In this document: positions 10,501 through 20,997 of the stretch, piece by piece | Layout of the letters: every line of letters starts with the position of its first letter | How positions within the stretch are numbered: position 1 is the stretch's first letter | Assembly: GCA_945787715.1 (NCBI GenBank) | Contig: CALZJE010000001.1 | Span: forward strand, 11,127 to 75,126 | DNA from: an uncultured Ectothiorhodospiraceae bacterium | GTDB lineage: Bacteria > Pseudomonadota > Gammaproteobacteria > S012-40 | DNA: 64,000 bases | Direction of reading: 5' to 3' | Notes under the pieces: model-generated | The model's input: the letters and a program-made list of their open reading frames with translations, nothing else | What the model was told of the DNA's origin: nothing | The model's database searches: none | Made by a program: the position numbers and the translations under genes

Positions 10501-11571
10501 TTAATCGAAACTCCTTAGAGCTAGACCGCAAGCAATCATAAGAGCTGATGCATCATCGCTAAGTGCTTTTGCATTAACTTTTTTAGAGCGTGTCATCGAA
10601 GCAAATGGATTAGCTATGGATGTAGGAATGCCAACATGCGCTGATATGAGTTCATCTACGCCATGAACCACGGCGCAGCCACCAGCAATGACAAGATGAT
10701 CTATTGTGTTATGCTGACTTGAAGAAAAGAAAAATTGCAGGGAGCGACTAACTTGTTGGGCCATTGCTTTTTTAAAAGGATCCAGCACTTCTGGGATATA
10801 ATTATCTGGGAGTCCACCGTGTCTCTTCGCTTCTCCCGCTTCCTCATAAGAGAGGCCAAACCTGCGTTGAATCTCTTCAGTTAATTGTCGACCGCCAAAA
10901 ACTTGCTCTCGCGTGTAAATAATTTTCTGGTCATGAAGTACAGTGAGTGTAGTCATTGTTGCGCCAATATCGATGATGGCGATGGTGTTTCCGTAGCCTC
11001 GATCAGGTAAATGTGACGAAATCATTGAAACTGCGTTTTCAAGCGCATAAGCTTCAACATCGACAATACTCGGTTTTAACCCACCCAGTTCCACAGCGGC
11101 AACGCGTGCGTCAACATTCTCACTTCGGCAAGCTGCTAATAATACATAAACTAGTTCACTGTTTTTTTCAGTTGAACTAAGAATTTCAAAGTCTAGAGCA
11201 ACTTCTTCTATTGGATACGGGATGTACTGATCAGCTTCCAATTCAATTTGGCTGGCGAGTTCTTCCTCATTTAATGTGGCAGGCATGGAAATGATCTTGG
11301 TAATAACCGAAGATCCTGCTACTGCAACCGCTGTATCTGTTGTTTTTGCACCAGATCTTTTAAGTGCTTTACGAATTGTCTCTCCCACTGATTCGATATC
11401 GATGATTGCTTTTTCGACGACTGCAGTTGGGGAAATAGGTTCAACAGTGTAACTTTCAACTTGATAGCGATTATTTTGTTCGCTAAGCTCCAATAGTTTT
11501 ACAGAGGAAGAACTGATATCCAGACCTAGTAACGTCGACTTTTTTCTTTTGAATATATCAACTAATCCCAC
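10501..11571 (-). CDS. pilM: Type IV pilus assembly protein PilM (actin-like)
   Basis: LGLDISSSSVK, IDIGAT, ACGLALRSFD. Confidence 0.95.
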   Translation of the reverse strand: MGLVDIFKRKKSTLLGLDISSSSVKLLELSEQNNRYQVESYTVEPISPTAVVEKAIIDIESVGETIRKALKRSGAKTTDTAVAVAGSSVITKIISMPATLNEEELASQIELEADQYIPYPIEEVALDFEILSSTEKNSELVYVLLAACRSENVDARVAAVELGGLKPSIVDVEAYALENAVSMISSHLPDRGYGNTIAIIDIGATMTTLTVLHDQKIIYTREQVFGGRQLTEEIQRRFGLSYEEAGEAKRHGGLPDNYIPEVLDPFKKAMAQQVSRSLQFFFSSSQHNTIDHLVIAGGCAVVHGVDELISAHVGIPTSIANPFASMTRSKKVNAKALSDDASALMIACGLALRSFD

Positions 11572-11940
11572 GCTAAACGTACCTTACATTATTATTAGTC
11601 GTAATGGTTAAAATATAACCAATGCAGCTTAGAGAATTCTTAATTGCTTTGAGAATCAAATTAAGAATGAGTAGGGTGTGCCGATGAAAAGCTATGAGTA
11701 TGAGTGAGTTGTACTCAATGTGAATTAATTTAATTTGCGTGGATTTGTGCTGTTTTATCTTTCGATAGAAGTTCAATATTGAATTAGTTTTTTTCCTAAG
11801 ATTTGGTAGCTGCCCGTGCAAAAATATAGCAGTCAAAAGGAATTGCAGAGTAAGATCAATAATTGTGAGTCAAATGCTTTAAACTCCGTAGATAGAATTG
11901 GTAACCAAGCATTAAGCCGAGTAATAAACAAACAGGGAAG

Positions 11941-14478
11941 ATGAGTGTTTTAATGAAGCAAACATTACCGCAGTCAGGCAAATCAAAAAAATCAAATCGT
12001 TTAAAAAAGCTTTTTAAGTTTATTTTTTACTCATCAATGCTATCAGTTACTTTAGTCGCTGCTCTTGTTGCAGGATTATATTTATACATTTCCCCTAGTC
12101 TCCCCTCGATAGAGAGCTTGAAAGACGTTCGTTTTCAAGTGCCGTTACGTATCTACTCTTCTGATGGCAAGCTAATAGGAGAGTTTGGTGAGAAAAGACG
12201 TTCACCTCTTAAGTATGAGGATATTCCTTCAGGCATGATAAATGGAATATTGGGTGCGGAGGATGACCGTTTTTTTGAGCATCCCGGCGTTGATTACCAC
12301 GGAATTCTACGAGCGATAAAGGTAATGATTACTACCGGAGAGAAAGCTCAAGGCGGCAGTACTATCACCATGCAAGTTGCACGTAATTTTTTCTTAAGCA
12401 GTGAAAAAACATTTTTACGAAAATTTAGTGAAATATTCTTGTCATTTAGAATCGAGGAAGAATTAAGTAAAGAAGAAATTCTGACTCTTTACCTCAATAA
12501 GATATATTTGGGTAATCGCTCCTATGGTGTTGGTGCTGCTGCGAAGATGTACTATGGAAAAAATATTGATCAGCTAAATGTCGCCCAACTTGCCATGATT
12601 GCTGGTTTGCCGAAAGCGCCATCCAAATACAATCCTATTGTTAATCCAAAACGGGCACTAATCCGCCGAAATTATGTGCTGGGCAGAATGTTGCAGCTTA
12701 ATTCTCTGAGTAAAGAGGGATATGACAAATCAATTCTTGCTCCAGTTACAGCTAGCCTTCATTTACAAAGTATTGGCTTGAATGCTCCCTATGCGGCAGA
12801 AATGGTGCGTAAGGAGATGATTGATCGTTTTGGAAATGAGGCTTATACGGAAGGATACAGTGTTTATACAACGTTGGATTCTCGTTTACAGAATCAAGCA
12901 GTTCGTAGTCTGCAATACAACTTGCTTGCTTACGAAGAGCGTCATGGTTATCGCGGCCCAGAAACCCATTTTGACCCGTTGGCGTACTCGGATCCGGAGG
13001 AGTGGGAAGCGGCGCTGAAAAAGCTAGAGAATTATCCTTTGTTGAAGCCTGGTGTAGTTGTTGGTATGGATGATCAGCAAGCGTATATATACATGAAGGG
13101 CGGAGTGGTTGTGGTACTGTGTTGGAAGGGTATGAAGTGGGCAGCCCCTTATCTCACTGGCAATGCGCCTGGGCCTAAGCCGAAAAGCACACATGACATA
13201 TTTTCTGTTGGCGATGTTGTAAGGTTGTATGATGCTGGTGGTGGGCGCTGGAGTTTGGGCCAAAGACCTGAAGTGGAAGGCGCGTTAGTGTCTATTCGCT
13301 CTCATGATGGAGCTATCCAAAGTATTGTCGGCGGTTATGATTTTTATCACAGTAAATTTAATCGGGCTGCGCAAGCTAAGCGGCAACCGGGTTCAAACTT
13401 TAAACCTTTTGTTTATTCAGCTGCTTTGGAGAAAGGGTATACCGCCGCATCTCTCATTAATGATGCACCTGTTGTTTTTAATGATCCTGGATTGGAAGAA
13501 TCGTGGCGCCCTGAAAACTATAGCGGTAAGTTTTTCGGTCCGACACGTCTCCGGGAAGCGTTGGTTAAGTCTCGCAATCTAGTGTCTATTCGAATTTTGC
13601 GCTCAATAGGTGTTCGTTATGCGATTGGTTATGTGAAGCGATTTGGGTTTGACCCAGCGGAGTTGCCAAAGGATTTATCCTTGGCGCTTGGTAGTGCTAC
13701 CGTAACGCCATTATCGATTGCGCAAGGTTATGCAACGTTTTCCAATGGTGGTTACGCGGTGGAACCCTATTTAATTACAAGTATTGTTGATTCGCAGGAT
13801 GAAATTATTTATGCAGCGAATCCTGCTGTAGTTTGCCCAAAATGTGAAGAGGATCTTTTCAGTAATGAAAGTAATGAAAGTAATGAAAGCAATGAAAGCA
13901 ATGAAAGCAATGAAAGCAATGAAAGCAATGAAAGCTTACTGAGCTCTCATGATGAGTCGAAGTCTATAAACCTGGCTAAGCGCATTATCACAGAAGAAAA
14001 CGCCTATATCGTGACAACGATTATGCAAGATATTATTCGACGCGGAACAGGTCGTAGAGCACTGGTGTTAAATCGAGATGATCTTGCCGGTAAAACAGGG
14101 ACAACTAATGATCAACAAGATGCTTGGTTTTCTGGCTTTAACGCTGATATTGTAACCACCGCTTGGGTTGGCTTTGATAAACCGCAACCACTCGGTGATT
14201 TTGAATCAGGTGCGCGTGCGGCATTACCCATGTGGATTTCGTATATGCGAGAAGCTTTAAAAGATTCCCCTGAAAAGCCCCTGGTTCAGCCTCAAGGTCT
14301 TGTAACTGTGCGTATTGACCCAGAAACAGGCTTGCTAGCAGGTGGCGATTTCCCACAAGCAATTTTCGAAAGTTTTCGTAAAGAAAATGTGCCAAAACAA
14401 TCGGCAATGAAAGCAACAGCCGACCCCTCTTCGGGCTCGGAAAATTCACCTGAAGAAATGTCGGAACAATTGTTTTAA
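11941..14478 (+). CDS. mrcA: Penicillin-binding protein 1A
   Basis: Transglycosylase EDDRF, GGSTITMQ, RKFSE; transpeptidase SNFK, SRN, KTG; divergent from pilM. Confidence 0.96.
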   Translation: MSVLMKQTLPQSGKSKKSNRLKKLFKFIFYSSMLSVTLVAALVAGLYLYISPSLPSIESLKDVRFQVPLRIYSSDGKLIGEFGEKRRSPLKYEDIPSGMINGILGAEDDRFFEHPGVDYHGILRAIKVMITTGEKAQGGSTITMQVARNFFLSSEKTFLRKFSEIFLSFRIEEELSKEEILTLYLNKIYLGNRSYGVGAAAKMYYGKNIDQLNVAQLAMIAGLPKAPSKYNPIVNPKRALIRRNYVLGRMLQLNSLSKEGYDKSILAPVTASLHLQSIGLNAPYAAEMVRKEMIDRFGNEAYTEGYSVYTTLDSRLQNQAVRSLQYNLLAYEERHGYRGPETHFDPLAYSDPEEWEAALKKLENYPLLKPGVVVGMDDQQAYIYMKGGVVVVLCWKGMKWAAPYLTGNAPGPKPKSTHDIFSVGDVVRLYDAGGGRWSLGQRPEVEGALVSIRSHDGAIQSIVGGYDFYHSKFNRAAQAKRQPGSNFKPFVYSAALEKGYTAASLINDAPVVFNDPGLEESWRPENYSGKFFGPTRLREALVKSRNLVSIRILRSIGVRYAIGYVKRFGFDPAELPKDLSLALGSATVTPLSIAQGYATFSNGGYAVEPYLITSIVDSQDEIIYAANPAVVCPKCEEDLFSNESNESNESNESNESNESNESNESLLSSHDESKSINLAKRIITEENAYIVTTIMQDIIRRGTGRRALVLNRDDLAGKTGTTNDQQDAWFSGFNADIVTTAWVGFDKPQPLGDFESGARAALPMWISYMREALKDSPEKPLVQPQGLVTVRIDPETGLLAGGDFPQAIFESFRKENVPKQSAMKATADPSSGSENSPEEMSEQLF
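13861..13935 (+). repeat. In-frame 9-bp tandem repeat (agYaatgaa) x8 encoding (SNE)8 inside mrcA
   Basis: Three agtaatgaa copies, five agcaatgaa copies, then agc. Confidence 0.97.
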
Positions 14479-14485
14479 TTTTACA

Positions 14486-15091
14486 ATGAGCTCACATAGT
14501 ACTTCCCATAAGCAAAGACTAGAGATTGCTGTTCAAGCTGCGCGATTGCTCGCCGAGGATGGTAGGCTTGATTATCTGTCGGCTAAACAAAAAGCATTGA
14601 AATTGTGCAATGTCGGTGGTCGCGTCGACTTGCCGACAAATGAAGAAATTGAGACACAATTGAAAGTTCATCAAAAGTTATTTGATCAAGGTGATAACCG
14701 ACAGGATTTAATACGAGAGTTACGCAAAGATGCAGTGGCGATTATGCAGAAATTTGAGTTGTTCGAGCCGTTGTTGGTGGGAGCGGTGCTTGAAGGAACA
14801 GCGGTTGAGAATTCGCCAATTGAGCTGCATGTTTTTTCTGATTCGGTTAAAGAAGTAGCAATCTTTCTAATTGAGAAGAATATTGATTTTGAATCTTTAG
14901 ATCGTAAAATGCGTTTTAATAAAAATGAGACAATCATTGTCCCAATGCTCCGTTTTTATATTGGTGAGAGAGAGATTGAGTTGAGTATTTTTAATTATAA
15001 AATGTTAAGGCACAAACTAATTAGTTCTATTACCCAGCAGCCAATGAAGAGGGCAAATATTAAAAAAGTTCAGCGGTTGATCTCAAAATAA
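14486..15091 (+). CDS. Conserved hypothetical with degenerate nucleotidyltransferase-like fold
   Basis: LVGAVLEGTAVENSPIELHVF resembles the Pol-beta-type GS..G.....SDIDL motif; 7 bp after mrcA. Confidence 0.55.
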   Translation: MSSHSTSHKQRLEIAVQAARLLAEDGRLDYLSAKQKALKLCNVGGRVDLPTNEEIETQLKVHQKLFDQGDNRQDLIRELRKDAVAIMQKFELFEPLLVGAVLEGTAVENSPIELHVFSDSVKEVAIFLIEKNIDFESLDRKMRFNKNETIIVPMLRFYIGEREIELSIFNYKMLRHKLISSITQQPMKRANIKKVQRLISK

Positions 15092-15119
15092 AAGCACAAT
15101 TTCAATATGTGCTTTTATT
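15087..15119. terminator. Probable bidirectional terminator between convergent genes
   Basis: aataaaagcaca-N9-tgtgcttttatt inverted repeat. Confidence 0.55.
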
Positions 15120-15131
15120 CAATAACTACTT

Positions 15132-16379
15132 TTAGACTTTGGGATAATGTGAGGGATAGTCCTTTTTAGCAACACCTGAATCGACTGCTGCTTTTGCTAT
15201 ACGTGGTGGAATTCGATCTATCAGCCTGGCGTCAAGAGGTTTGGGGATAATGTAATCTTTTCCAAAGCTCATCTCTGATACCTTATATGCATCCATGACT
15301 TCTTGTGGTACAGGTTCCCGTGCTATATCTTTTAATGCATGCACAGCTGCGATTTCCATTGCTTGGTTAATAGTGCTGGCTCGAACATCCAGCGCACCCC
15401 TAAAAATAAAGGGGAAACCTAACACATTGTTAACTTGATTGGGATAGTCGCTTCGCCCTGTCGCCATAATTAGGTCGTCTCGGGTTTTTAATGCAATTTC
15501 AGGTTTGATTTCAGGGTCTGGGTTAGAAAGTGCAAATACGATGGGATTTGATGCCATAGATTTCAACATCGCTTCGTTGACTAAATCAGGGCCAGACACT
15601 CCAATCATGACATCCGCATTTTTCATGGCGTCGTCAAGGGTCCGATCTTCGGTGTCTACCGCGAACGCTTGTTTGTATTTGTTCAAATCATCTCTACCTA
15701 AGTGAACAATGCCTTTTCTATCAATGAGAAAAATGTTGTTTTTAGCTGCTCCCAGCGCAATAAGAAGGTTCATTGAAGCGATGCCTGCTGATCCTGCGCC
15801 AATACATACAATCTTTGCGCTTTCCAGGCTTTTATTTTGTAAATGAAGGGCGTTTAGTAGACCCGCGGCGATAATAATAGCTGTACCATGCTGATCATCA
15901 TGAAAAACAGGGATGTCGAGTTTATCTTTTAATTGTTTTTCTATCTCAAAACAGGCCGGCGCAGCTATATCTTCAAGATTAATGCCGCCAAAAGTTGGTG
16001 ATATATTGACAACCGTTTGTACGAATTCCTCTATATCGCTAGTGCCAATTTCGATGTCGAATACGTCTACATCGGCAAATCGTTTAAATAACACACCTTT
16101 GCCTTCCATAACCGGCTTTCCTGCCAGTGCACCCGTGTTACCAAGACCCAAAACAGCTGTACCATCGGTTATGACACCTACAAGGTTTCCTTTTGTGGTG
16201 TATTCATAGGCAAGTTCTGGGTCTTTCGCGATTTCCCTCACTGGCTCTGCTACACCTGGTGTGTAGGCTAGAGATAACTCATACTGAGAAGTACATGGTT
16301 TAGTTATCTCTATTCCTATTTTTCCCGGTTTTGGTTGGGAATGGTAATCGAGAGCTTGTTTTTTAAGTTCTTTACTCAT
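15132..16379 (-). CDS. maeB: Malic enzyme (short form, no phosphotransacetylase domain)
   Basis: LAYTPGVA, GKPVMEGKG, INLEDI, FHDDQHGTA, GRSDYPNQVNN. Confidence 0.92.
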   Translation of the reverse strand: MSKELKKQALDYHSQPKPGKIGIEITKPCTSQYELSLAYTPGVAEPVREIAKDPELAYEYTTKGNLVGVITDGTAVLGLGNTGALAGKPVMEGKGVLFKRFADVDVFDIEIGTSDIEEFVQTVVNISPTFGGINLEDIAAPACFEIEKQLKDKLDIPVFHDDQHGTAIIIAAGLLNALHLQNKSLESAKIVCIGAGSAGIASMNLLIALGAAKNNIFLIDRKGIVHLGRDDLNKYKQAFAVDTEDRTLDDAMKNADVMIGVSGPDLVNEAMLKSMASNPIVFALSNPDPEIKPEIALKTRDDLIMATGRSDYPNQVNNVLGFPFIFRGALDVRASTINQAMEIAAVHALKDIAREPVPQEVMDAYKVSEMSFGKDYIIPKPLDARLIDRIPPRIAKAAVDSGVAKKDYPSHYPKV

Positions 16380-16429
16380 GGGAAGAGTCCTGTTCTTTTG
16401 GTGTTTCAGAAATAGCAGGGAATGTGCCG

Positions 16430-17281
16430 TTATATCTGTTCGAATTCAATTGCGCTTGGGTGTTTTAGATCCATCGTGAATTTTCTATTCTTCATTTTTA
16501 CCCAGCCATTAACTGTCACGTTTTTATTAATAAGGCTTTTGAAATTGAATTTGTTAAAATATGATGCGTTGTTTTTACGTATTCGTAGTACCAACTTGTT
16601 TATAAAAGTGATGGTTGTATGTCCGTTCAAGTGCTCTACTGACTTAATTTTACCTGTAATACGTCTGTAACCCATTTTATTTTTATTAAGCGATGCGGCT
16701 TTCGTTGGTTTAAAATAGCGGCTTTTCCATATGCCCTTTTTAGACTTTTTTGCGATCTGTTCCGCGACCTTATAGCATCTTTGCAGCCATAAGTTGGGTG
16801 GTATGGAGATGTTGCTTGCATAGCCCTTTTCCAAAAGGGAGTATTGTAAGTTTGTCCCGTCTTTAAGAAATATGTGAGCCAAAACTCTTTTGTATCTGTC
16901 TTTTCGTTCTACATCGAACTTCAAGCCTATTTTTTGATTTAACACTTTTCTTGAAAGGAAGTGTTTGGCTTTTTTTGCGTAGGGCTCAGGTGTGCCCTTG
17001 TTGTAGTTCATTTCTGGGGTATTTATTCCAATGAGTCGTATACTCTGACCATTGGCTAGTTTGATAGTGTCTCCATCATAAACATTGGTGACGTATCCAG
17101 TTTGATCAAATTTGTTAATTGAGCAGGTTGTCGGTTTGGCGAACGAGCTAGATGGAAGGGTGTAGAAAATGAAACAGAGTAATACCGCTAGCTTGGCCTT
17201 TGATGCCAAGCTAAGTCGGTAAAAAGCTGACTGTGGCAAATAATAATTATTTGCGGGCGTATTTTTGGCGGAATTTATCAA
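16430..17281 (-). CDS. Thermonuclease (SNase) family exported nuclease with C-terminal OB-like domain
   Basis: [30 protein letters not shown]; true start probably downstream of the rpmE stop (uncertain). Confidence 0.85.
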   Translation of the reverse strand: MINSAKNTPANNYYLPQSAFYRLSLASKAKLAVLLCFIFYTLPSSSFAKPTTCSINKFDQTGYVTNVYDGDTIKLANGQSIRLIGINTPEMNYNKGTPEPYAKKAKHFLSRKVLNQKIGLKFDVERKDRYKRVLAHIFLKDGTNLQYSLLEKGYASNISIPPNLWLQRCYKVAEQIAKKSKKGIWKSRYFKPTKAASLNKNKMGYRRITGKIKSVEHLNGHTTITFINKLVLRIRKNNASYFNKFNFKSLINKNVTVNGWVKMKNRKFTMDLKHPSAIEFEQI

Positions 17282-17450
17282 CTCGACCCGCGGTATCTAG
17301 AACTTTTTGCTTGCCGGTATAAAAAGGGTGACACGCTGAGCATACGTCGATTGTTAAATCTTTGTCTCTTGTAGAGCGAGTTTCAAATTTGTTGCCACAG
17401 CTGCAAGTCACTTGAGTTGCAGCATAATTTGGATGAATATCAGCTTTCAT
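17247..17450 (-). CDS. rpmE: 50S ribosomal protein L31 (Zn-binding type)
   Basis: [25 protein letters not shown]. Confidence 0.98.
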   Translation of the reverse strand: MKADIHPNYAATQVTCSCGNKFETRSTRDKDLTIDVCSACHPFYTGKQKVLDTAGRVDKFRQKYARK

Positions 17451-17474
17451 AATTAAACCTTATCTAATTTTTAG

Positions 17475-17515
17475 CTATATCGCCACTCGATCGTCATTTG
17501 TCGAGCACCATATAG
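17475..17515 (-). promoter_or_regulatory. Putative L31 leader RNA hairpin in the rpmE 5' UTR
   Basis: Minus strand ctatat-ggt-gctcga-loop-tcgagt-ggcg-atatag forms a stem with internal loop just upstream of the RBS; resembles gammaproteobacterial rpmE leaders. Confidence 0.55.
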
Positions 17516-17520
17516 ACGAA

Positions 17521-17556
17521 GGGCGCAAGTATATTGGAACAATCTACTTTCATCAA
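17521..17556 (-). promoter_or_regulatory. Sigma70 promoter of rpmE with GC-rich discriminator
   Basis: Minus strand TTGATG-17bp-TATACT followed by tgcgccc. Confidence 0.65.
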
Positions 17557-17835
17557 GCATTTGTTTTCACGGATTTTGGCGTGATAATCCGGTATTTATT
17601 TCAAGCGCCATTAGATGATTTGCTCAGGCTACACTCTATAATGTAGAATTTTGTTGCTTGTCGCGAATGTGTATAAAAACAAATCAATAAGTCAATTTCA
17701 ACTTCTTTTAACTTGTTGTTATTTATTGGTAAGATGCAGCGAATATTAAAACTGCGGCGCCAAATTAATTAGGCTTGATGTTCTTTTACACTCATTGCCT
17801 GTCATTTTATTCATACATAGATTTAGGTTGTATTC

Positions 17836-18348
17836 ATGGATTACCGTAGTGAAGAAAAACGTTTATTAAAATTTATTGCTGCTTCTGCTTTTTTCCTTTT
17901 TGTAGGGACCGTTCACGGTGTTTTGCAGGTTATACGCCCAGTTCGTGCTTATTTAGACTCTATAGGAAGTCCTTATGGTGGGCCTGGTCACATGATTGAT
18001 CCTTTAGCCCACGCGCATATTAACGTGATTGGTGGAGTTGTTTTACTACTCATGGCTGTTAGTTATTATTTATTGCCGCGCATTACAGGTAAACGATTGT
18101 TCTCTTATAAATTGGTCGAGCATACTTTTTGGTGGACGAGCCTTGGAATTACTGGTTTTTATAGCACTTTGTTATTCTTTGGCTTTTGGGAAGGTAATTT
18201 GTTATTGGCAGAAAACCTTGAGCGTATGCAAGAAGTCCATAGCTATTACAGTAAAACTATAGCTATTATTGCAACAATAATGGGGATGGGTTTTTGGATC
18301 TATTTTGCAAACGTTTATATGACTTTCAAACGAGCAGGTAAATCATGA
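17836..18348 (+). CDS. Four-TM membrane protein resembling part of heme-copper oxidase (cbb3-type) subunit I
   Basis: TM helices with GTVHG and LAHAHINVIGG...YYLLPRITG motifs; only 170 aa. Confidence 0.5.
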   Translation: MDYRSEEKRLLKFIAASAFFLFVGTVHGVLQVIRPVRAYLDSIGSPYGGPGHMIDPLAHAHINVIGGVVLLLMAVSYYLLPRITGKRLFSYKLVEHTFWWTSLGITGFYSTLLFFGFWEGNLLLAENLERMQEVHSYYSKTIAIIATIMGMGFWIYFANVYMTFKRAGKS

Positions 18349-18980
18349 TTGAACATGATCAGGAAGTGAATACTGAGACGGGTGAGTTGGCCGAGTCCGA
18401 GATGTGTCCTTGCCCAGAAGGGTATCCTGACTGGGATGGCAAAATAATTAATTTGGGCGGTTGGTGTGTCCACGAAATGAAAATAGCATCATTTTTTCAT
18501 ATGCCAATGGCTTACGATATGTATGTTAGTAAACAAGCGGCTAATGTTCAACACCTCGGACTTGTAGAAAAATGGCCTGGTTTTCTGATGACGAAGACAG
18601 GTATGTGGGGTGGGAGAATTATGCGGTTATTGGAAGATAGTGAGTCACCATCGAGACTAGTTCACTATCTATCTGAACCATTTTTTGTACAAGTGAAGCT
18701 ACATAATGGTGGTGTAGGCACAGTACCCAAAGCTGTTCATGAGATGCAAATCGAAATGGTCGAAAGGGGGCAGATCCCTAAAGATCTTTATTTAGCTCAT
18801 CTAACTTGTCCTCTTTGTGAAGAAAGAAAGCATGGGGATAAGATTATGATATTAAGAAAATTCACAGCAAACGAAAGAATTACGCTGCGTTTGGAAGATG
18901 AGCGGCGACGTGAAGAGAAAAAGGCGGCGAAAAAGTCTCTTAAAGAGAGTGGAAATAAAAATACTCAAACTAGCGTGTAA
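18345..18980 (+). CDS. Hypothetical Cys-motif protein (CPC at N-terminus, CxxC near C-terminus), possibly GyrI-like fold
   Basis: CPCPEGYPDWDG and HLTCPLCEE motifs; ATGA overlap with upstream gene. Confidence 0.55.
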   Translation: MIEHDQEVNTETGELAESEMCPCPEGYPDWDGKIINLGGWCVHEMKIASFFHMPMAYDMYVSKQAANVQHLGLVEKWPGFLMTKTGMWGGRIMRLLEDSESPSRLVHYLSEPFFVQVKLHNGGVGTVPKAVHEMQIEMVERGQIPKDLYLAHLTCPLCEERKHGDKIMILRKFTANERITLRLEDERRREEKKAAKKSLKESGNKNTQTSV

Positions 18981-19022
18981 CGCTGAACCGAGTATTTGTT
19001 AACTCTATTTGCTGTTTGAACT

Positions 19023-20327
19023 TTATTTTTGCGTCACTTTTTCTTCCCTTGGCGTTTTCTTGTGAGGTTGTCTATTTCGTGGCGGCCTATTTTGGCTGTT
19101 TTTGCCTTTGTCGTAAGTCCTAGCTTTCTTTTTTTCGATTTTTACAGCTGGGCTTACTTTAGCAAGTAAATCTTCTGTAACTGGTTTTATCGCAATTTTA
19201 CTTCCAATGAACTCTTCGATATCAGTTAAATAGAATGCGCTGCTCTCGCAGATTAAATTGATTGCATTGCCGCTGCTGCCAATTCGCCCTGTGCGACCTA
19301 TTCTGTGCACATAATCTTCGGGATCTTGAGGTAGATCATAGTTTATTACATGCGTTACGCCATCAATGTGAAGACCTCTTGCCGCAACATCGGTCGCAAC
19401 AAGTACGTCAAACTCTCCATCGCCAAATTCTTTTACCAATCGTTGACGTTTGTTTTGCGGGACATCTCCAGACAGTAGGCCGGCTGTTATTTTATTGCCT
19501 TTTAAAAAGGCAGTAACTTTTTCCGCTGTTGACTTCATGTTCGCGAATATAATTGTTCGAGCTGGATGAGCTTTTCGTAGTATGCCAATAAGAATGGCGA
19601 TTTTTTCAGAGTTTGAGATATAGTAGCCATACTGCTCAATATGTGATTTTTTGTTTTCGCTTTCCACGCTTATAATTTTAGGATTGTCCATCAGCTCATA
19701 AGCAAATTCTTTGACTTTAAAACTAATAGTTGCTGAAAATAGAAGGTTTAGCCTTTTATCTGCAGGAGGGAGTCGTTGCAATATGTAGCGGACATCTTTT
19801 ATAAACCCCATGTCCAGCATACGGTCCGCTTCATCTAAAACCAGCGTTTCAATAGCTTTAAAGCTAAATAGCTTTTGCTTAAAGAAATCGATTACTCTTC
19901 CCACTGTTGCTATTAAAATGTCGCATCCCTGGCTTAGTTGTTTCTTTTGCTTTTCGTAATTAGCGCCACCATAGACAACTGTTGTCCGTAGGTCAGTATA
20001 TTTTAGTAGCGCAATAGCTTCTTGATGAATCTGAAGGGCGAGCTCTCTAGTTGGTGCCAGAATAAGCGCTCGTGGTCCCGCGTTTGCTTTGTTTGAAGGC
20101 TTGCTTAGTAATGAATTGATAGTTGCGATAAGAAATGTTGCAGTTTTGCCGGTGCCGGTATCTGCTTGACCAATAATATTTTGATTTTCGAGTATTACGG
20201 GCAGAGTATTTGCTTGAATTGGGGTGCAGTAAGTATAGCCAATATCTTTAATTGCTTGCTGGAGAGGAATTGGAAGTTCGAAGTCCTCGAATCGTTGAGT
20301 GGTTAGATGTTGATTGTTATTGCTCAT
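19023..20327 (-). CDS. rhlB: DEAD-box RNA helicase RhlB
   Basis: TGTGKT, PTRELA, DEAD, SAT, HRIGRTGR; divergent from trxA-rho as for rhlB. Confidence 0.85.
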   Translation of the reverse strand: MSNNNQHLTTQRFEDFELPIPLQQAIKDIGYTYCTPIQANTLPVILENQNIIGQADTGTGKTATFLIATINSLLSKPSNKANAGPRALILAPTRELALQIHQEAIALLKYTDLRTTVVYGGANYEKQKKQLSQGCDILIATVGRVIDFFKQKLFSFKAIETLVLDEADRMLDMGFIKDVRYILQRLPPADKRLNLLFSATISFKVKEFAYELMDNPKIISVESENKKSHIEQYGYYISNSEKIAILIGILRKAHPARTIIFANMKSTAEKVTAFLKGNKITAGLLSGDVPQNKRQRLVKEFGDGEFDVLVATDVAARGLHIDGVTHVINYDLPQDPEDYVHRIGRTGRIGSSGNAINLICESSAFYLTDIEEFIGSKIAIKPVTEDLLAKVSPAVKIEKKKARTYDKGKNSQNRPPRNRQPHKKTPREEKVTQK

Positions 20328-20612
20328 TAATATGTGTACACCATTTGAGTTGTAAATTGGGCTCGATAAGTATCGTATTATTTTTTTCGGCTAAAAGTTA
20401 AATATTTATGTTAGTGTTTGCCTTTTTCATCACATATATGTACATTCTTATTTCTAAGCTAAGCTTGCCTTTAGCAAAATTCACTTATCACTGTAACATA
20501 AGGTTTGCAATTTTGCTCAGTTAGGTAGTATGGAAACTGGATCTAACAATTCGGATGGATTCTTGGCCGTGTAAAGCACATAATTAATTTATAAAATTGG
20601 AGGCATTATACA

Positions 20613-20939
20613 GTGAGTGATCGTATAGTCTATTTGACTGATGATACTTTTGAGCAAGAAGTACTGCAGGGCGAAAGTCCGGTACTTGTGGATTACTGGG
20701 CCGAATGGTGTGGACCTTGTAAAATGATTGCGCCAATTTTGGATGAAATTGCCTCTGAGTATGAAGGGAAAATCAAAGTTGCAAAGTTGAACATTGATGA
20801 AAATCCTGCTACACCTCCTAAATATGGTATTCGAGGTATTCCTACGCTAATGTTATTTAAAGGTGGCAGTGTAGAAGCAACAAAAGTGGGTGCAGTATCC
20901 AAATCTCAACTCACCGCTTTTATTGATAGTAATCTTTAA
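20613..20939 (+). CDS. trxA: Thioredoxin 1
   Basis: [13 protein letters not shown]; upstream of rho. Confidence 0.97.
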   Translation: MSDRIVYLTDDTFEQEVLQGESPVLVDYWAEWCGPCKMIAPILDEIASEYEGKIKVAKLNIDENPATPPKYGIRGIPTLMLFKGGSVEATKVGAVSKSQLTAFIDSNL

Positions 20940-20954
20940 GTTGAATTTTTTCTT

Positions 20955-20997
20955 TCTGCGTACTACCCTATACATAGAAAATATGGGTGTACGCAGA
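20955..20997 (+). promoter_or_regulatory. Hairpin in the trxA-rho intergenic leader
   Basis: tctgcgtac-t-accc...gggt-gtacgcaga stem without a U-tract, followed by a C-rich, G-poor tract. Confidence 0.45.

Noticed and set aside
11573..11836. 87-aa ORF between pilM and mrcA
   Set aside because: AT-rich divergent promoter region, TTG start, no recognisable features
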